This document shows positions 37,198-47,546 of a stretch of 64,000 nucleotides of DNA, piece after piece. A program made the position numbers and the translations under genes. Location of the stretch: assembly GCA_963815195.1 (NCBI GenBank), contig CAWFGE010000015.1, positions 576,001 through 640,000 of the forward strand, written 5' to 3'. Under the pieces are notes generated by a model. It had not been told where the DNA came from and searched no databases. It was given only the letters and a program-made list of their open reading frames with translations. Position 1 is the stretch's first letter. Every line of letters starts with the position of its first letter. This DNA comes from an uncultured Planctomycetaceae bacterium. Lineage in GTDB: Bacteria; Planctomycetota; Planctomycetia; Planctomycetales; Planctomycetaceae.

Positions 37198-37437
37198 TCA
37201 TTCCGACTCAATGCCATATTTCTGACGCAATTCCTCCATCACTTCCTCGGCGGGGCGGTGATGGCCGGCATTCACGTCGGCGAGGCCTTTGCAAATCGCG
37301 GCGTTGATGCTATCCCTGTCGCGAAGGGACTCCCACTCGATCACGACGTCATCGAAGGAGATCTCCGCGGAGGAATTCCGGATCCGCTGGGAAGCGAATT
37401 GGTGAAAATCATCAAGCTCTTGTTGCGTCACAGTCAT
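37198..37437 (-). CDS. small antitoxin-like protein without adjacent toxin
   Basis: C-terminal AICKGLADVNAGHHRPAEEVMEELR resembles ParD-like antitoxin tails. Confidence 0.55.
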   Translation of the reverse strand: MTVTQQELDDFHQFASQRIRNSSAEISFDDVVIEWESLRDRDSINAAICKGLADVNAGHHRPAEEVMEELRQKYGIESE

Positions 37438-37631
37438 TTCGCGATTCTCCGAAAGGTGCCCATTTTCTTTGCAGGATTTCCATCTCCCATTATGAAAAGC
37501 AAAGGGGCAGAATGAAACTTTGCACCGCAGTTTCGGTTCTGTTGGCGGAAGTGGTCAAATTCCATTGGAATCTGTTATCATCTCACGGAAACCACCGCAT
37601 TGGATGCTCCTCTTTCAATGGGAATCAGACC

Positions 37632-38456
37632 GTGAGAGTCTTGCCAGCCATCTTTGCACAAATTGGTTTTGCGTTGACCGCCGGGATCGGCACGAGTTGG
37701 GCCGAGGAACTTGCCGTTGTCAAACCGTTGCCGCTGGCGCATGCGCACAATGACTATCTGCACGATCGGCCGCTTTTGGATGCGCTCTCGCACGGGTTTA
37801 CCAGCGTCGAGGCGGATGTTTTTCTGGTGGATGGGAAGCTCTTGGTCGGGCATACGCGGAATGAACTCAAGACCGGGCGGACTTTGGAGGCGCTGTATCT
37901 CGATCCGCTTCGCCGGCGGGTGCGCGATGGGGCAGTGCGGGTTTATCCCGGAGGCGGGCGGTTTCATCTGTTGATCGACATTAAGACCGCGGCCGAGCCG
38001 ACCTATGCGGCGATTGCGAAAGTCCTCGCGCGGTATGACGACATGATCTCGGTCGTCGAGGGCGGCAAGCTGGGACCAAAAGCCGTGGATGTCACGATTT
38101 CCGGCAATCGGCCCCAAGAAACGATGGCGGCCGAAGCGGTGCGGTACGCGGGCATCGATGGGCGGCTCGGCGATTTGGAGTCGAAAATGCCGAGCCATTT
38201 GATGCCCTTGATCAGCGACAATTGGAGCTTGCATTTTAAGTGGCGGGGCAAAGGGCCCATCAGCGAAGCCGAGCGGCACGAGTTGGAAGACATCGTGAAG
38301 CAGGCTCACGCGCGGGGCCGGCGGGTGCGGTTTTGGGCGACGGCCGATACCATCGCCATGTGGCGGGTGCTGCGAACGGCGGACGTGGACATGATTAACA
38401 CGGACGACCTCGCAGGCCTCGAAAAGTTTCTCCGCAGTGAAGCCGAGAAGGACTAA
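37632..38456 (+). CDS. secreted PLC-like / GDPD-like phosphodiesterase (Aim6-like)
   Basis: signal peptide, AHAHNDY, SVEADVF, LLIDIK, RFWAT, INTDDL. Confidence 0.8.
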   Translation: MRVLPAIFAQIGFALTAGIGTSWAEELAVVKPLPLAHAHNDYLHDRPLLDALSHGFTSVEADVFLVDGKLLVGHTRNELKTGRTLEALYLDPLRRRVRDGAVRVYPGGGRFHLLIDIKTAAEPTYAAIAKVLARYDDMISVVEGGKLGPKAVDVTISGNRPQETMAAEAVRYAGIDGRLGDLESKMPSHLMPLISDNWSLHFKWRGKGPISEAERHELEDIVKQAHARGRRVRFWATADTIAMWRVLRTADVDMINTDDLAGLEKFLRSEAEKD

Positions 38457-38483
38457 GAATGGTCCGGTTGTTTCCAAGAACCG

Positions 38484-38534
38484 GGGCGGTGCCCCCCTGC
38501 GGGCGGTGCCCCCCTGCGGGCGGTGCCCCCCTGC
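38484..38534. repeat. 17-bp tandem repeat x3 (amplified REP right arm)
   Basis: GGGCGGTGCCCCCCTGC at 38484, 38501 and 38518, framed by AACCG...GGCTAA as at 61613-61638. Confidence 0.85.
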
Positions 38535-38566
38535 GGCTAATGAATGCCAGGTGAGGAACCTTTTCG

Positions 38567-39445
38567 ATGGTTGAACCCGCTCCGCAATCCGATCCGGGAC
38601 CGCTCGAGAACTTGGAGCAATGGGAAGAAGATCTGCTTCGGCGTTACCCCGAACCGGCGGCCAATTCCCATAAAGCCAAAGAGCAGTTCCGCGACTACCG
38701 GTCCGAGGCTCGGCCGGAGGTCAAGGAATTCTATCGGCTGCATCACAAATACCAGACGGTCGAGTTCGTTCGCGCCAAGCGGGCGGATTATCTAAAGCGC
38801 GACAAACGCAAGATGGGCCTCTGGGACGGGCTGGAGTTTTTGAACACGCTGATGGACGACAGCGATCCGGACACATCGCTCCCGCAGATCGAGCATTTGC
38901 TGCAAACGGCCGAGGCCATCCGCCGGGACGGGCATCCGCGGTGGTTTATTCTGACGGGGCTGATTCACGACTTCGGCAAGGTGCTCTGCTTGTTCGGCGA
39001 GCCGCAGTGGGCCGTGGTCGGCGATACGTTTCCAGTGGGGTGCGCCTATTCGGACAAGATCGTGTTCTCCGAGTTCCTCGACGAGAATCCCGACAGCCGG
39101 GTCCCGAAGTATCAGACGCAGTGCGGCATCTATGAGGAAGGCTGCGGGCTCGACAACGTTCTCATGTCGTGGGGGCATGACGAGTACATGTATCACATCG
39201 TCAAGGATTACCTGCCGGCGGAAGCGCTTTATATGATCCGCTATCACTCCTTCTACCCGGCTCACCGCGACGGGGCCTATGCCCATCTGATGGACGACCG
39301 CGACCGCAAATACTTCCCCGCGGTGAGGGCGTTCAATCCGTACGATCTCTACACGAAAAGTGCCGAGCGCCCGGACATCAGCGAACTGCGGCATTATTAC
39401 GAGGTCCTGTGGGCCGAGTTCCTGCCGCGGGAACTGGAGTTTTAG
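38567..39445 (+). CDS. myo-inositol oxygenase family protein
   Basis: [55 protein letters not shown]. Confidence 0.92.
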   Translation: MVEPAPQSDPGPLENLEQWEEDLLRRYPEPAANSHKAKEQFRDYRSEARPEVKEFYRLHHKYQTVEFVRAKRADYLKRDKRKMGLWDGLEFLNTLMDDSDPDTSLPQIEHLLQTAEAIRRDGHPRWFILTGLIHDFGKVLCLFGEPQWAVVGDTFPVGCAYSDKIVFSEFLDENPDSRVPKYQTQCGIYEEGCGLDNVLMSWGHDEYMYHIVKDYLPAEALYMIRYHSFYPAHRDGAYAHLMDDRDRKYFPAVRAFNPYDLYTKSAERPDISELRHYYEVLWAEFLPRELEF

Positions 39446-39622
39446 TCTCGTGGCACCCACGCGGGTTCATCGAATGCCGATTTTCTGCTCGATGAGGCCC
39501 CGGCCATGTGCCGATTGCTGAAGCGGCGGGGTTCATCGCGGGCCGTTATCTTGACACAGAGTTCAAATCAACGAATAATGATCTAAGTAAAGCGGGAGTT
39601 CTCTTTTCAAGAGTTTGAACGC

Positions 39623-40005
39623 ATGTTTCGGAAAGGGTTTGTTGTTTTCGGGCTGTTGAGCTTCGGTCTCTATGGGGTGGCGGGGTGCTGGATTCACCAG
39701 GCCGACCACCGATTGGGCGAATGTTGCTGCCGGCCCCCACTCCGGCGGGTTTTGCAAATGCGCTTTTCGTGGGCGGAAACCCGGACGAACATTCGAACGC
39801 CCCTCTCAACAAAATCCATTGCGCCTGGCTCGACGATGTGGAAAAGTCGTCCCAGTTCGCGTGCGACTGCTCGGAAGCGCCCGGCTATTTTGTTTCCGCG
39901 AGCGGTGCCTCGACGAGCCTGCAATCCCGCGCGAGAAACGGCAAAGCGACGCGGCAACACGCTTCCGTGGGCCTTTACGGTTTTCTGTCCGTGTGGTTGA
40001 CGTAA
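39623..40005 (+). CDS. possible small membrane-anchored upstream ORF (probably frameshifted near 39685)
   Basis: hydrophobic N-terminus MFRKGFVVFGLLSFGLYGVAG joins the -1 frame at a G run and ends LYGFLSVWLT*. Confidence 0.3.
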
Positions 40006-40118
40006 TCCGCCGGCGAATGTCTTCTCCGCCGGATTTCTTCCGTCAAACGGAATCGAGCCTTTGGTGCATCGGTTTCTCGCCCCACCTAAAACATCCCACA
40101 TGGAAAGGGACTCAAAGC

Positions 40119-40661
40119 ATGCTTAAAAAACTGATGATCGTTGGAATGATGTTGGCCGTCGTTTGTCTCTCGGCCGGCGAAAGCCAAGCCCGTGGACGGC
40201 GAGGGGGGTCTTCCATGCGCCGGCGAATGCAGATGGTCCAAAAATACATGCAGGCCTACCAGCAGCAGATGATGCTCCGGCAGCAGGCGATCGCGAAACA
40301 GCAGGCGGCCGAGTTGGAGCGCCGCCGGCAGGCCTCCCAGGCCCAGCATCAAAAAGAAGCCGAAGCCCGCGAGCGCCGCAAAGACGCGTATCTGAAGCTC
40401 AAGCACGAACGCCAGCAGGAAGACGGGGCCGACGGCGTCAAACCGGGCCGTGCCGAGGCCATCTTTAAGAACTACGACAAAAACAACGATGAGGTGTTGA
40501 CGCTCGAAGAGGTGGGCAAGAGCCCGCTTTCGCTGGCCTTCAAAGACGCGGACAGCGACAAAAACGGCAAGCTGACTCTCAAAGAGCTCAAAGACTTCAA
40601 CAAAGCCGAAGCCGCCCCGCCGGTCCCGGAAGCCTCGGTCAAAAAGCTGGGAGGAAAGTGA
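40119..40661 (+). CDS. secreted coiled-coil EF-hand protein
   Basis: signal peptide; DKNNDEVLTLEE and DSDKNGKLTLKE EF-hand loops. Confidence 0.75.
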   Translation: MLKKLMIVGMMLAVVCLSAGESQARGRRGGSSMRRRMQMVQKYMQAYQQQMMLRQQAIAKQQAAELERRRQASQAQHQKEAEARERRKDAYLKLKHERQQEDGADGVKPGRAEAIFKNYDKNNDEVLTLEEVGKSPLSLAFKDADSDKNGKLTLKELKDFNKAEAAPPVPEASVKKLGGK

Positions 40662-40920
40662 TTCCTCGCCGGAAAGCGAATGAGGCCGACTTCACATTTC
40701 GCCATTGCTTCAAGCCCGTTCCGCGACGACCCTGGCGGAGCGGAGCTTATCGCTTTGTCGGGTCTGCCCGATTCCCGCGCACAGGACGGGGGTTTGGGCT
40801 GGGAAATGGTGCAAAAGCAAGAGCGGTTCCGATAGGAATCGGCTTAAAAACAAGGCGTTTTTCGCCGGCTAACCGAACATAACGGACATTATCGGACGTT
40901 GCCCCACGCTCGCCCAAAGG

Positions 40921-41947
40921 TCACGAGGCGGCTCGGCCGTTTTTGGGGGCGGCTTCGGCGGGAAGAGTTTCCGTGGCCTGTTCGATCGCGGCTTCCTCGA
41001 AGACGCCGATGCGGCGGAACTTTTCGTAGCGGCGGTCCAGGAGTTCCTCTTTGGGCACGCCGGCGAGCTCTTTGAGGGCATGGAGCACGGAGCCTTTGAG
41101 CGTCGTCGCCATCGCGCGGTGGTCGCGGTGGGCGGCACCCAACGGTTCGGGAATGATTTCATCGATCACGCCGAGTTCCAAGAGATACTTCGACGTGAAC
41201 TTCAAAGCGCGGGCGGCGAGGTCGGCGTGCTTGACGTGCTTCCACAAAATCCCCGCGCAGCCTTCGGGACTGATGACCGAGTAGTAGGCGAACTGCAAGA
41301 CCGCGACGTGATCGCCGATGCCGATGCCCAGCGCCCCGCCGGACCCGCCTTCGCCGATGACGACGCAGACAATGGGCGTTTTGAGCAGGGACATCTCGCG
41401 GAGGTTGTAGGCGATCGCGAAGTCTTGGCCGCGCTCCTCGGCCCCGATGCCCGGGTACGCGCCGGGGGTGTCGATCAGGCAGACGATCGGCAGGCCGAAC
41501 TTGGCGGCCATCTGCATCTTGCCGAGCGCCTTGCGGTAGCCCTCGGGATGGGCGCAGCCGAAGTAGCACTCGTTGCGCTCTTTGAGCGTCCGGCCTTTGC
41601 TCTGGGCGACGAGCATGACCTTCTGGTCTTCGAGCTTGGCGAAGCCGGTCATAATGGCCCGGTCGTCGCCGAACGTCTTATCGCCGTGGAGTTCGACGAA
41701 CTCGTCGAACATCAGTTCGATGTAGTCGAGCGTTTGCGGGCGTTCGAGATGCCTGGCGACTTTGACGATGTCCCACGGATCGAGGTTCTCGAAAATCTCC
41801 CGCTTCATCCGCGTGATCTCGACGCGCATTTTGCGGATGGCGTCTTTGGTGTTGGCGGTGGGATGGGGTTGGGCTTCGAGTTCTTCGAGCTGGCGTTCGA
41901 GTTCATAAATGGGCCGCTCGAACGGGAGATGGTGCGCCAGCCGACAT
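40921..41947 (-). CDS. accA: acetyl-CoA carboxylase carboxyltransferase alpha subunit; frameshift near 41938
   Basis: LPFERPIYEL, ELHGDK.FGDD, PEGYRKA, IDTPGAYPG, GEGGSGGAL, VISPEGCA. Confidence 0.95.
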
Positions 41948-42064
41948 GCGTGGTCCGTTGTCAGTGGTCTGTTGTCAGTGGGTCCGGTGTCCTTCGCTTG
42001 TATCTTCTTGGGCTGATTGATGCAAGACGAAGAGGATTCCGGGTCTTGCCTTCCGCCGGCTGCT

Positions 42065-43547
42065 TCAGAGCACGTCGGGCAGTTCGTCCATTTCCATCAG
42101 GGGCAGGTCTTCTTCCTGTTTCTTTTCCGGCGGCTTGGGGGCCGGTTGTTTGGGCGGCGGCGAAGACGCGGCCGGTTGCTGTTGCGGCGGGGCGGGCTGG
42201 GGGCCGGGGCTTTGTTGCGGTTGGGGGGCCGGCTGCTGTGGGCGGGGTTGTTGTTGGGGTTGTTGTTGGGGCATGCCTTGGGGTTGTTGCGGAGCATAGC
42301 CCGGCGGCATCGGCCCGCCCGGATAATAACCCGGCGGCGGTTGTTGCATGGGATAACCCGGCGGCGGCTGCATGCCCGGTGGGTATCCATAGCCGGCGCC
42401 GGGATATTGAGGATAGGGGGCATAGCCCGGCGGCGGCGGTCCCTGCGGTCCGTAGCCCTGCCCCATCGCCGGCTGACCGGCGGACGGGTTCTGGTGCTGT
42501 TGAGGAGTCGGCTGCGGTTGCCGGGGCGGGGCGGGCTTTGGTTTGGGTTTTGATTTTGGGCTGGCGGGTTTGGGCGGAGCATTCAAACCCGCTTCGCTCC
42601 GCTGATGGTCGCGGCGGCTGTTGATTCGATCCGAAGCTCCCAGCGCATCCATCTCGGCACGCTTCCGTTCGTCCTGAAACTTGGCGTCCAACTCGCGGGT
42701 CTTCCTTGAAGACTTTGAGCGAACGAAACTCCGCGTAGACCTCTTCCATGGTCTTGTGCCGTTTGGCGGGTTTCTTCTCCAACAATCGGGCCACGAGCCG
42801 ATCCATCTCGGGCGTGACGTTGCGGTTGATCGAGGAGACTTCCGGAGCCCTCTCCTGCACGTGCATCCGCAACAGCTCGTTCGGCGACATGCCGCGGAAC
42901 GGAGGGCCGCCCGTGAGCATCTCAAACACCGTGATCCCCAGGCTGTACATGTCCGTCTGGAATGTCGGGGCTTTTTTCAATAACGTTTCCGGGGCAATGT
43001 AGGTCCGCGTGCCCTGCACGGCTTTGGTGCGGCTGCCGATCAGTTTTCCGAGGCCGCCCGCCGCCCGCACCGCCAGCGAAAAATCGATGAGCCGAAGTTC
43101 GCCCGCTTTGTTCGCCAGGATGTTTTCGGGCTTGATGTCTTTGTGGACCCAGCCTTTTTCGTGCATGTATCCAAGCGCGAGACACAGGCTCTCGAATACC
43201 CCGCGGAACCGGGAATGCAACCCGACCCGGTCGCTTTGGATTTGGGTTTTGATGTTCGGCGCGCGGAAGTAATCCATCACGATATAGGAGTACTTCTTCG
43301 TGAAAGACACCTTGTGCACCTTGATGATGCTCGGATGGTCGAGCGCTTTTCCGACCTTGCCTTCGTGTTTGAGCACCTGCTTGGCGTCGGGATGCGATTC
43401 CAGCGATTCGGGGATCAAGAGCTTCATGCACAACGCCTGCGAGCTGCCGCCCGCGTCGGCCACTTCCAAGACCTCGCTCGTGTTTCCGTGGGCGATTTCG
43501 CTGATAATCTTGTAGCCGTCGATAGTCTGTTGTTCGCCGTCGGACAC
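42065..43547 (-). CDS. Ser/Thr protein kinase with Pro/Gln/Gly/Tyr-rich C-terminal tail; frameshift near 42700
   Basis: HKDIKPEN, DFSLA, GTRTYIAPE; tail PPPGYAPYPQYPG...EEDLPLMEMDELPDVL in a second frame. Confidence 0.85.
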
Positions 43548-43788
43548 AATGTTCTCCTGCCGGTCTGGGCGGTTGGACGGAATTCTTCACACTTTATTAT
43601 AGCGACCGGGCCGCGGGTTTCGCAGGGAAAATCTTCCAAGCCGTCCCTTTCCCGGCCGCTCTTCTCCCCCTCTCGCTTGTGAGGCTGTGGGGATTTTGGG
43701 ATGATCGTTCCAGCGACATTCCGTCCCACCGAACGTCCCGTTTGCAGTCGCTGGCAGCGGGAACCCTCCCACATAAGGTGTCTTCTCG

Positions 43789-45150
43789 ATGACGACCCCC
43801 CTGCCCTTTTTGTTGCTCCCTTTGTGCGCGGCGTTTGCCGACGGCTCCGCGCTCGAACTTCGCTATCGGGGTTCCCTGGAGCACGTCTCCCGCAAAGACG
43901 CCAACGCCGAGGTCAAACAGTTCGATCTCTACTGCCTGATGCAAAACCGGGACGGCGGATCGAAAATCGCGTTTCTCGTGGACGAGCGCGGAGGCGGCGG
44001 TTGGGCCTGGCCCGAACGCTTCGGCGAATTGGTCCTCAACGAAAGACACCAACCGGCCACGGCCGCTCGAATCCGATTGCTCCACGACCACGAAGGCGTG
44101 AACTATCCCCTGCCCCTCCGCCAGCCGATCTTCGAATATCCCGACAAACTCGGCGCCGACGCCACCTGGACCGCCGACAAAAAACGCTACGAAGTCCAAA
44201 GACTCACCAAGCAGAAGGACCGTTCCTGCTGGGAAGTCGATGTGTTCACGAACATCGGCAAGCGGGAAACTCTGTGGATCGAAGAAGACACCGGCCTCGT
44301 CGTCGCGGTGAAAACCAAACTCACGATGGGCCGGGGCGATCCGTTTGAACTGTTGATGGAACTCGATTCGGCGAGCGACGTCGCGGCCGAGAAACTCCCG
44401 GGGATTCAAAAAGCCCTCGCCGGGTTGCTCAAGCTGCAAGCGGATCTCAAACGCCGGGAGAACGCGACCAAACCGGAACTCAGCAAAGAGCAGCTCGCCA
44501 CGACCGCCGAGGCTTTGGAGACGCTCGCCAAGGATGCCGCCGAGACGCCGTTTCGCCAGTTGGTCAGCGTCATCAGCCGCGATCTGAAATTGCAAACCCA
44601 GCGGGACGACGATGTGGACGCCCTCGCCAAACGCATCGTCGGCAAAGACGCCCCGGAGTTTTCCTTCGAAGACTTAAACGGCAAGACGGTCGCCTCCAAG
44701 GATCTCGCCGGGCAGATTGTCGTCCTGCACTTCTGGAAATACCACGACAACCCGCTGACCGAACCCTACGGCCAGGTGGCCTATCTGGATTTTCTCTTTA
44801 ACAAGCGGCAGAAGCTTGGCGTGAGCGTCGTCGGCGTGGCCGTTGATCCCCGCACCGACCAAGCCGGCGAAGTCAGCCAGGCCAAGCGCGACTTCCGCAA
44901 GTTTCGCGACTTCATGAACCTGAGCTACCCCATCACCTTGAACTCCGGCACGCTCCTCAAAACCCTGGGCGACCCCCGCGACGCCCAAGCCCCCCTGCCC
45001 TTGTGGGTCGTCATCGACCACCACGGCAAGGTCGCGCATTACAAGTCCGGCTACTACGAAATCAACCCGGACAAAGGCCTCGAAGAACTCGACGCGGTGC
45101 TCATCCCGCTGATCCGCCAAAGAAGAGCCGAAGCCAGCAAAACAAATTAA
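43789..45150 (+). CDS. secreted protein with C-terminal TlpA/redoxin-like fold lacking CxxC
   Basis: signal peptide; VGKDAPEFSFEDLNGK...IVVLHFWKY, LPLWVVIDHHGKV. Confidence 0.75.
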   Translation: MTTPLPFLLLPLCAAFADGSALELRYRGSLEHVSRKDANAEVKQFDLYCLMQNRDGGSKIAFLVDERGGGGWAWPERFGELVLNERHQPATAARIRLLHDHEGVNYPLPLRQPIFEYPDKLGADATWTADKKRYEVQRLTKQKDRSCWEVDVFTNIGKRETLWIEEDTGLVVAVKTKLTMGRGDPFELLMELDSASDVAAEKLPGIQKALAGLLKLQADLKRRENATKPELSKEQLATTAEALETLAKDAAETPFRQLVSVISRDLKLQTQRDDDVDALAKRIVGKDAPEFSFEDLNGKTVASKDLAGQIVVLHFWKYHDNPLTEPYGQVAYLDFLFNKRQKLGVSVVGVAVDPRTDQAGEVSQAKRDFRKFRDFMNLSYPITLNSGTLLKTLGDPRDAQAPLPLWVVIDHHGKVAHYKSGYYEINPDKGLEELDAVLIPLIRQRRAEASKTN

Positions 45151-45159
45151 GGCTGTTTT

Positions 45160-45379
45160 GTGAGCGGCACGGCGCTAGCCGCCGGCAAAGTGAGCGGCAC
45201 GGCGCTAGCCGCCGGCAAAGTGAGCGGCACGGCGCTAGCCGCCGGCAAAGTGAGCGGCACGGCGCTAGCCGCCGGCAAAGTGAGCGGCACGGCGCTAGCC
45301 GCCGGCAAAGTGAGCGGCACGGCGCGTAGCCGCCGGCAGATCGAAGTTAAAAAGCCAGGGCCGAGCGCCCAGTCGCTCA
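45160..45379. repeat. 30-bp tandem array (five perfect copies plus one variant) of the TGAGCGG REP left arm, followed by a single right arm
   Basis: GTGAGCGGCACGGCGCTAGCCGCCGGCAAA at 45160, 45190, 45220, 45250 and 45280, variant at 45310; right arm ...AGCGCCCAGTCGCTCA ends at 45379. Confidence 0.95.
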
Positions 45380-45415
45380 ATTCTCAAAGACGAATCCGCT
45401 GACCCGAACCAAAAT

Positions 45416-45449
45416 AAAACGCCCGCTCGCGGTTGCGAACGGGCGTTTT
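45416..45449. terminator. bidirectional intrinsic terminator
   Basis: AAAACGCCCG-CTCGC...GCGAA-CGGGCGTTTT between convergent genes. Confidence 0.75.
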
Positions 45450-45484
45450 CTCATTGCATCGGGACGTTCCGGTGAGGGACGGCC

Positions 45485-46171
45485 TTATTCCTTCGATTTG
45501 GTTTTGTCTTTGTTCTTGTTCTGTTTCTGGTTTTGGCCGGACTCGTTCATCGGGGCCGACAGGATCGAGATGTCGCTGGCCTGGCCGACGAAGATCCGGT
45601 CCCGGCCGTGCTTCTTGGCGTTCTTGTCGCCGCGGAAGCCGGCTGTCCGCGTTTCTCCGGTTTTCGAGCCTTCGGACTTCGCGTGGAGTTGTTCGGTCCG
45701 GTCGAATTGGACTTGCACGCGATCGCCGATTTCCAGATCCTCAAGAGCCGATTCGTTTTCATCGCCTTCTTTTTGGGAGGTCTTCTGGTTTTGCTTCGCC
45801 TTTTGATTGGCCCAATGGACTTTCGTCTTGGGCGTCAGGGCGACGAAGTACAGGTTCTGGCGCTGTTTGTCTTTCTTGTTGCCGGCCTGGTTTTGGTCGT
45901 TCTCGTCGGCCTGAAAACTCGGGCCTTGTGAAGGCGACCCCAGCACGGCCAGGTAGTCGGCTTCGACGACCACGGCTCTGCGGGATTGCGGATCGATCAC
46001 CATTTCGCCCATCGCGGTCACGCCCGCGATCGTGCCCGTGATCGTCTGCTGTTGCCCCTTTTGGGCTTGCTGGTTTTTGTCCTGGCTTTTGTCTTTGTCT
46101 TGCTGCTGAGCCAAGACCGGGCTGCCCATCAACATTGCCGTGCACGCCAGTCCCATGAGTAAACTTTTCAT
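45485..46171 (-). CDS. secreted Gln/Lys-rich hypothetical protein
   Basis: signal peptide MKSLLMGLACTAMLMGSPVLAQ, AGGAGA RBS. Confidence 0.75.
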   Translation of the reverse strand: MKSLLMGLACTAMLMGSPVLAQQQDKDKSQDKNQQAQKGQQQTITGTIAGVTAMGEMVIDPQSRRAVVVEADYLAVLGSPSQGPSFQADENDQNQAGNKKDKQRQNLYFVALTPKTKVHWANQKAKQNQKTSQKEGDENESALEDLEIGDRVQVQFDRTEQLHAKSEGSKTGETRTAGFRGDKNAKKHGRDRIFVGQASDISILSAPMNESGQNQKQNKNKDKTKSKE

Positions 46172-46406
46172 CCTGTCTCTCCTTTTCCAATACAAATCAC
46201 AAGAGAACCCGCCGATACGCTGGTGGCGGATTGCCTAAAGGGATTGTGCCAATTCGAGGCCGGAGGAAACAGCGGGGCAGAACTGATTCTTCACTGGGTG
46301 GATTCCCCCGCGTTGCGAAGTTTTCGGAAGAATTCCACATCTCGCCTTGACCGCCGTGGGATTTTCGCTCTGACAACGTCATCGGAAGGAACGGCCCTGC
46401 CTCGCC

Positions 46407-47546
46407 TCAGGAAATCTGCTGCATTTCTTGCTTGTGGACCGCGGGGACGATGCGATGGTTTCCGGTCAACCGCCATTCGTCGAGAGTGGGCCGGCAAGCC
46501 AAGGTCACATACACAACCGCCGCCGACACGGGGGGAAACGCATATTCGAGGGGCCAGTGGAAATCCCCATACAACCACTTGAGTCCCGCCCCCAACAGAA
46601 ACAGCGCGAGAACGGGAGCCGCGAACACCACGTCGTAGCGGGGGATGATCCAGTGAAAGGTTCTGATCCGCGCCCACAAACTCAGCGGCGGCGAATAGCC
46701 AAACAGGTATCGTATTAAACGGGCGAAAGGCAACACGAGCATGGCGAGAAACGCGAGCCCCACCGATTCTTCGTAGACATGGGCGAGCACGAACACCCAC
46801 CACCCCACGAGCACCGCCAACGCCGCGGCCCAACCGTAGGAAATACAATGCCGCTCCCGCTTGGGCGCCAGAGAATCATACGGCCAGCCGAGTTTCCAGT
46901 TTTGGCTTTGACTGCGAATGGTGTCCGAAGCTAAAGAAATTCGGTCCGTCAACACGGGCAGACCAGGTTGCTTTAGCCACAGGCTGAGGCCGTGATATGC
47001 AATCCCATAAACCGCAAGAAACAACAGCCCCAAGCCCCACGGGTTTGGCGCCAACAGCACCGCTCCGCCGAGGCCGAACCCGAGCAGCCAGGCGTGCCGG
47101 TCCACTCCCGTGCGGACAAACCCGATCGCCACGCACGCCAAATACATCGCCAAAAACACGCCGGGAACCATCCACCACGCCTCCGGCCAATGCCGGGCCC
47201 CCAAGGCCGTAAGCACGCCGACGACAATCCCATCCTGCGGCACGAGATGGATCGGCCCCACCGGCAAAGGCAGCCCCGGACGCCAGGGCGTTTGATTCAG
47301 CCAGGTCCGGTAGTCCGCCATGAAGGCCGGATGAAACGCAAACGCCCGCATCGCGGCATGACCCGCCGCGGCCAAGCCAAGCAGCGGAATCTGCAGCGGC
47401 TCCCAATTCCCATCGAGCGGAAAGCCGCCCTTCCCGCCCACCACGAGCCAATAAGCCAGTTGGGGAAGATAAGACACGGCATACGCCACCGCAAACCCGA
47501 ACGCCAGCCCGTTAAAAGGCAGCACCACGCGGAACCAGGCTCTCAT
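46407..47546 (-). CDS. polytopic membrane protein, probable ABC-2-type permease
   Basis: many TM helices; overlaps the stop of the ABC ATPase (ATGA coupling). Confidence 0.7.
   Translation of the reverse strand: MRAWFRVVLPFNGLAFGFAVAYAVSYLPQLAYWLVVGGKGGFPLDGNWEPLQIPLLGLAAAGHAAMRAFAFHPAFMADYRTWLNQTPWRPGLPLPVGPIHLVPQDGIVVGVLTALGARHWPEAWWMVPGVFLAMYLACVAIGFVRTGVDRHAWLLGFGLGGAVLLAPNPWGLGLLFLAVYGIAYHGLSLWLKQPGLPVLTDRISLASDTIRSQSQNWKLGWPYDSLAPKRERHCISYGWAAALAVLVGWWVFVLAHVYEESVGLAFLAMLVLPFARLIRYLFGYSPPLSLWARIRTFHWIIPRYDVVFAAPVLALFLLGAGLKWLYGDFHWPLEYAFPPVSAAVVYVTLACRPTLDEWRLTGNHRIVPAVHKQEMQQIS

Noticed and set aside
42170..42470. DNA repeat element
   Set aside because: The low complexity is explained by the Pro/Gln/Gly-rich coding tail of the kinase.
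45160..45340. CRISPR array
   Set aside because: The 30-bp units are contiguous with no unique spacers, there are no cas genes, and the unit equals a dispersed REP arm.
46237..46252. Second sigma-54 promoter on the minus strand
   Set aside because: TGGCAC is present, but the -12 position reads CTTTA instead of TTGC.
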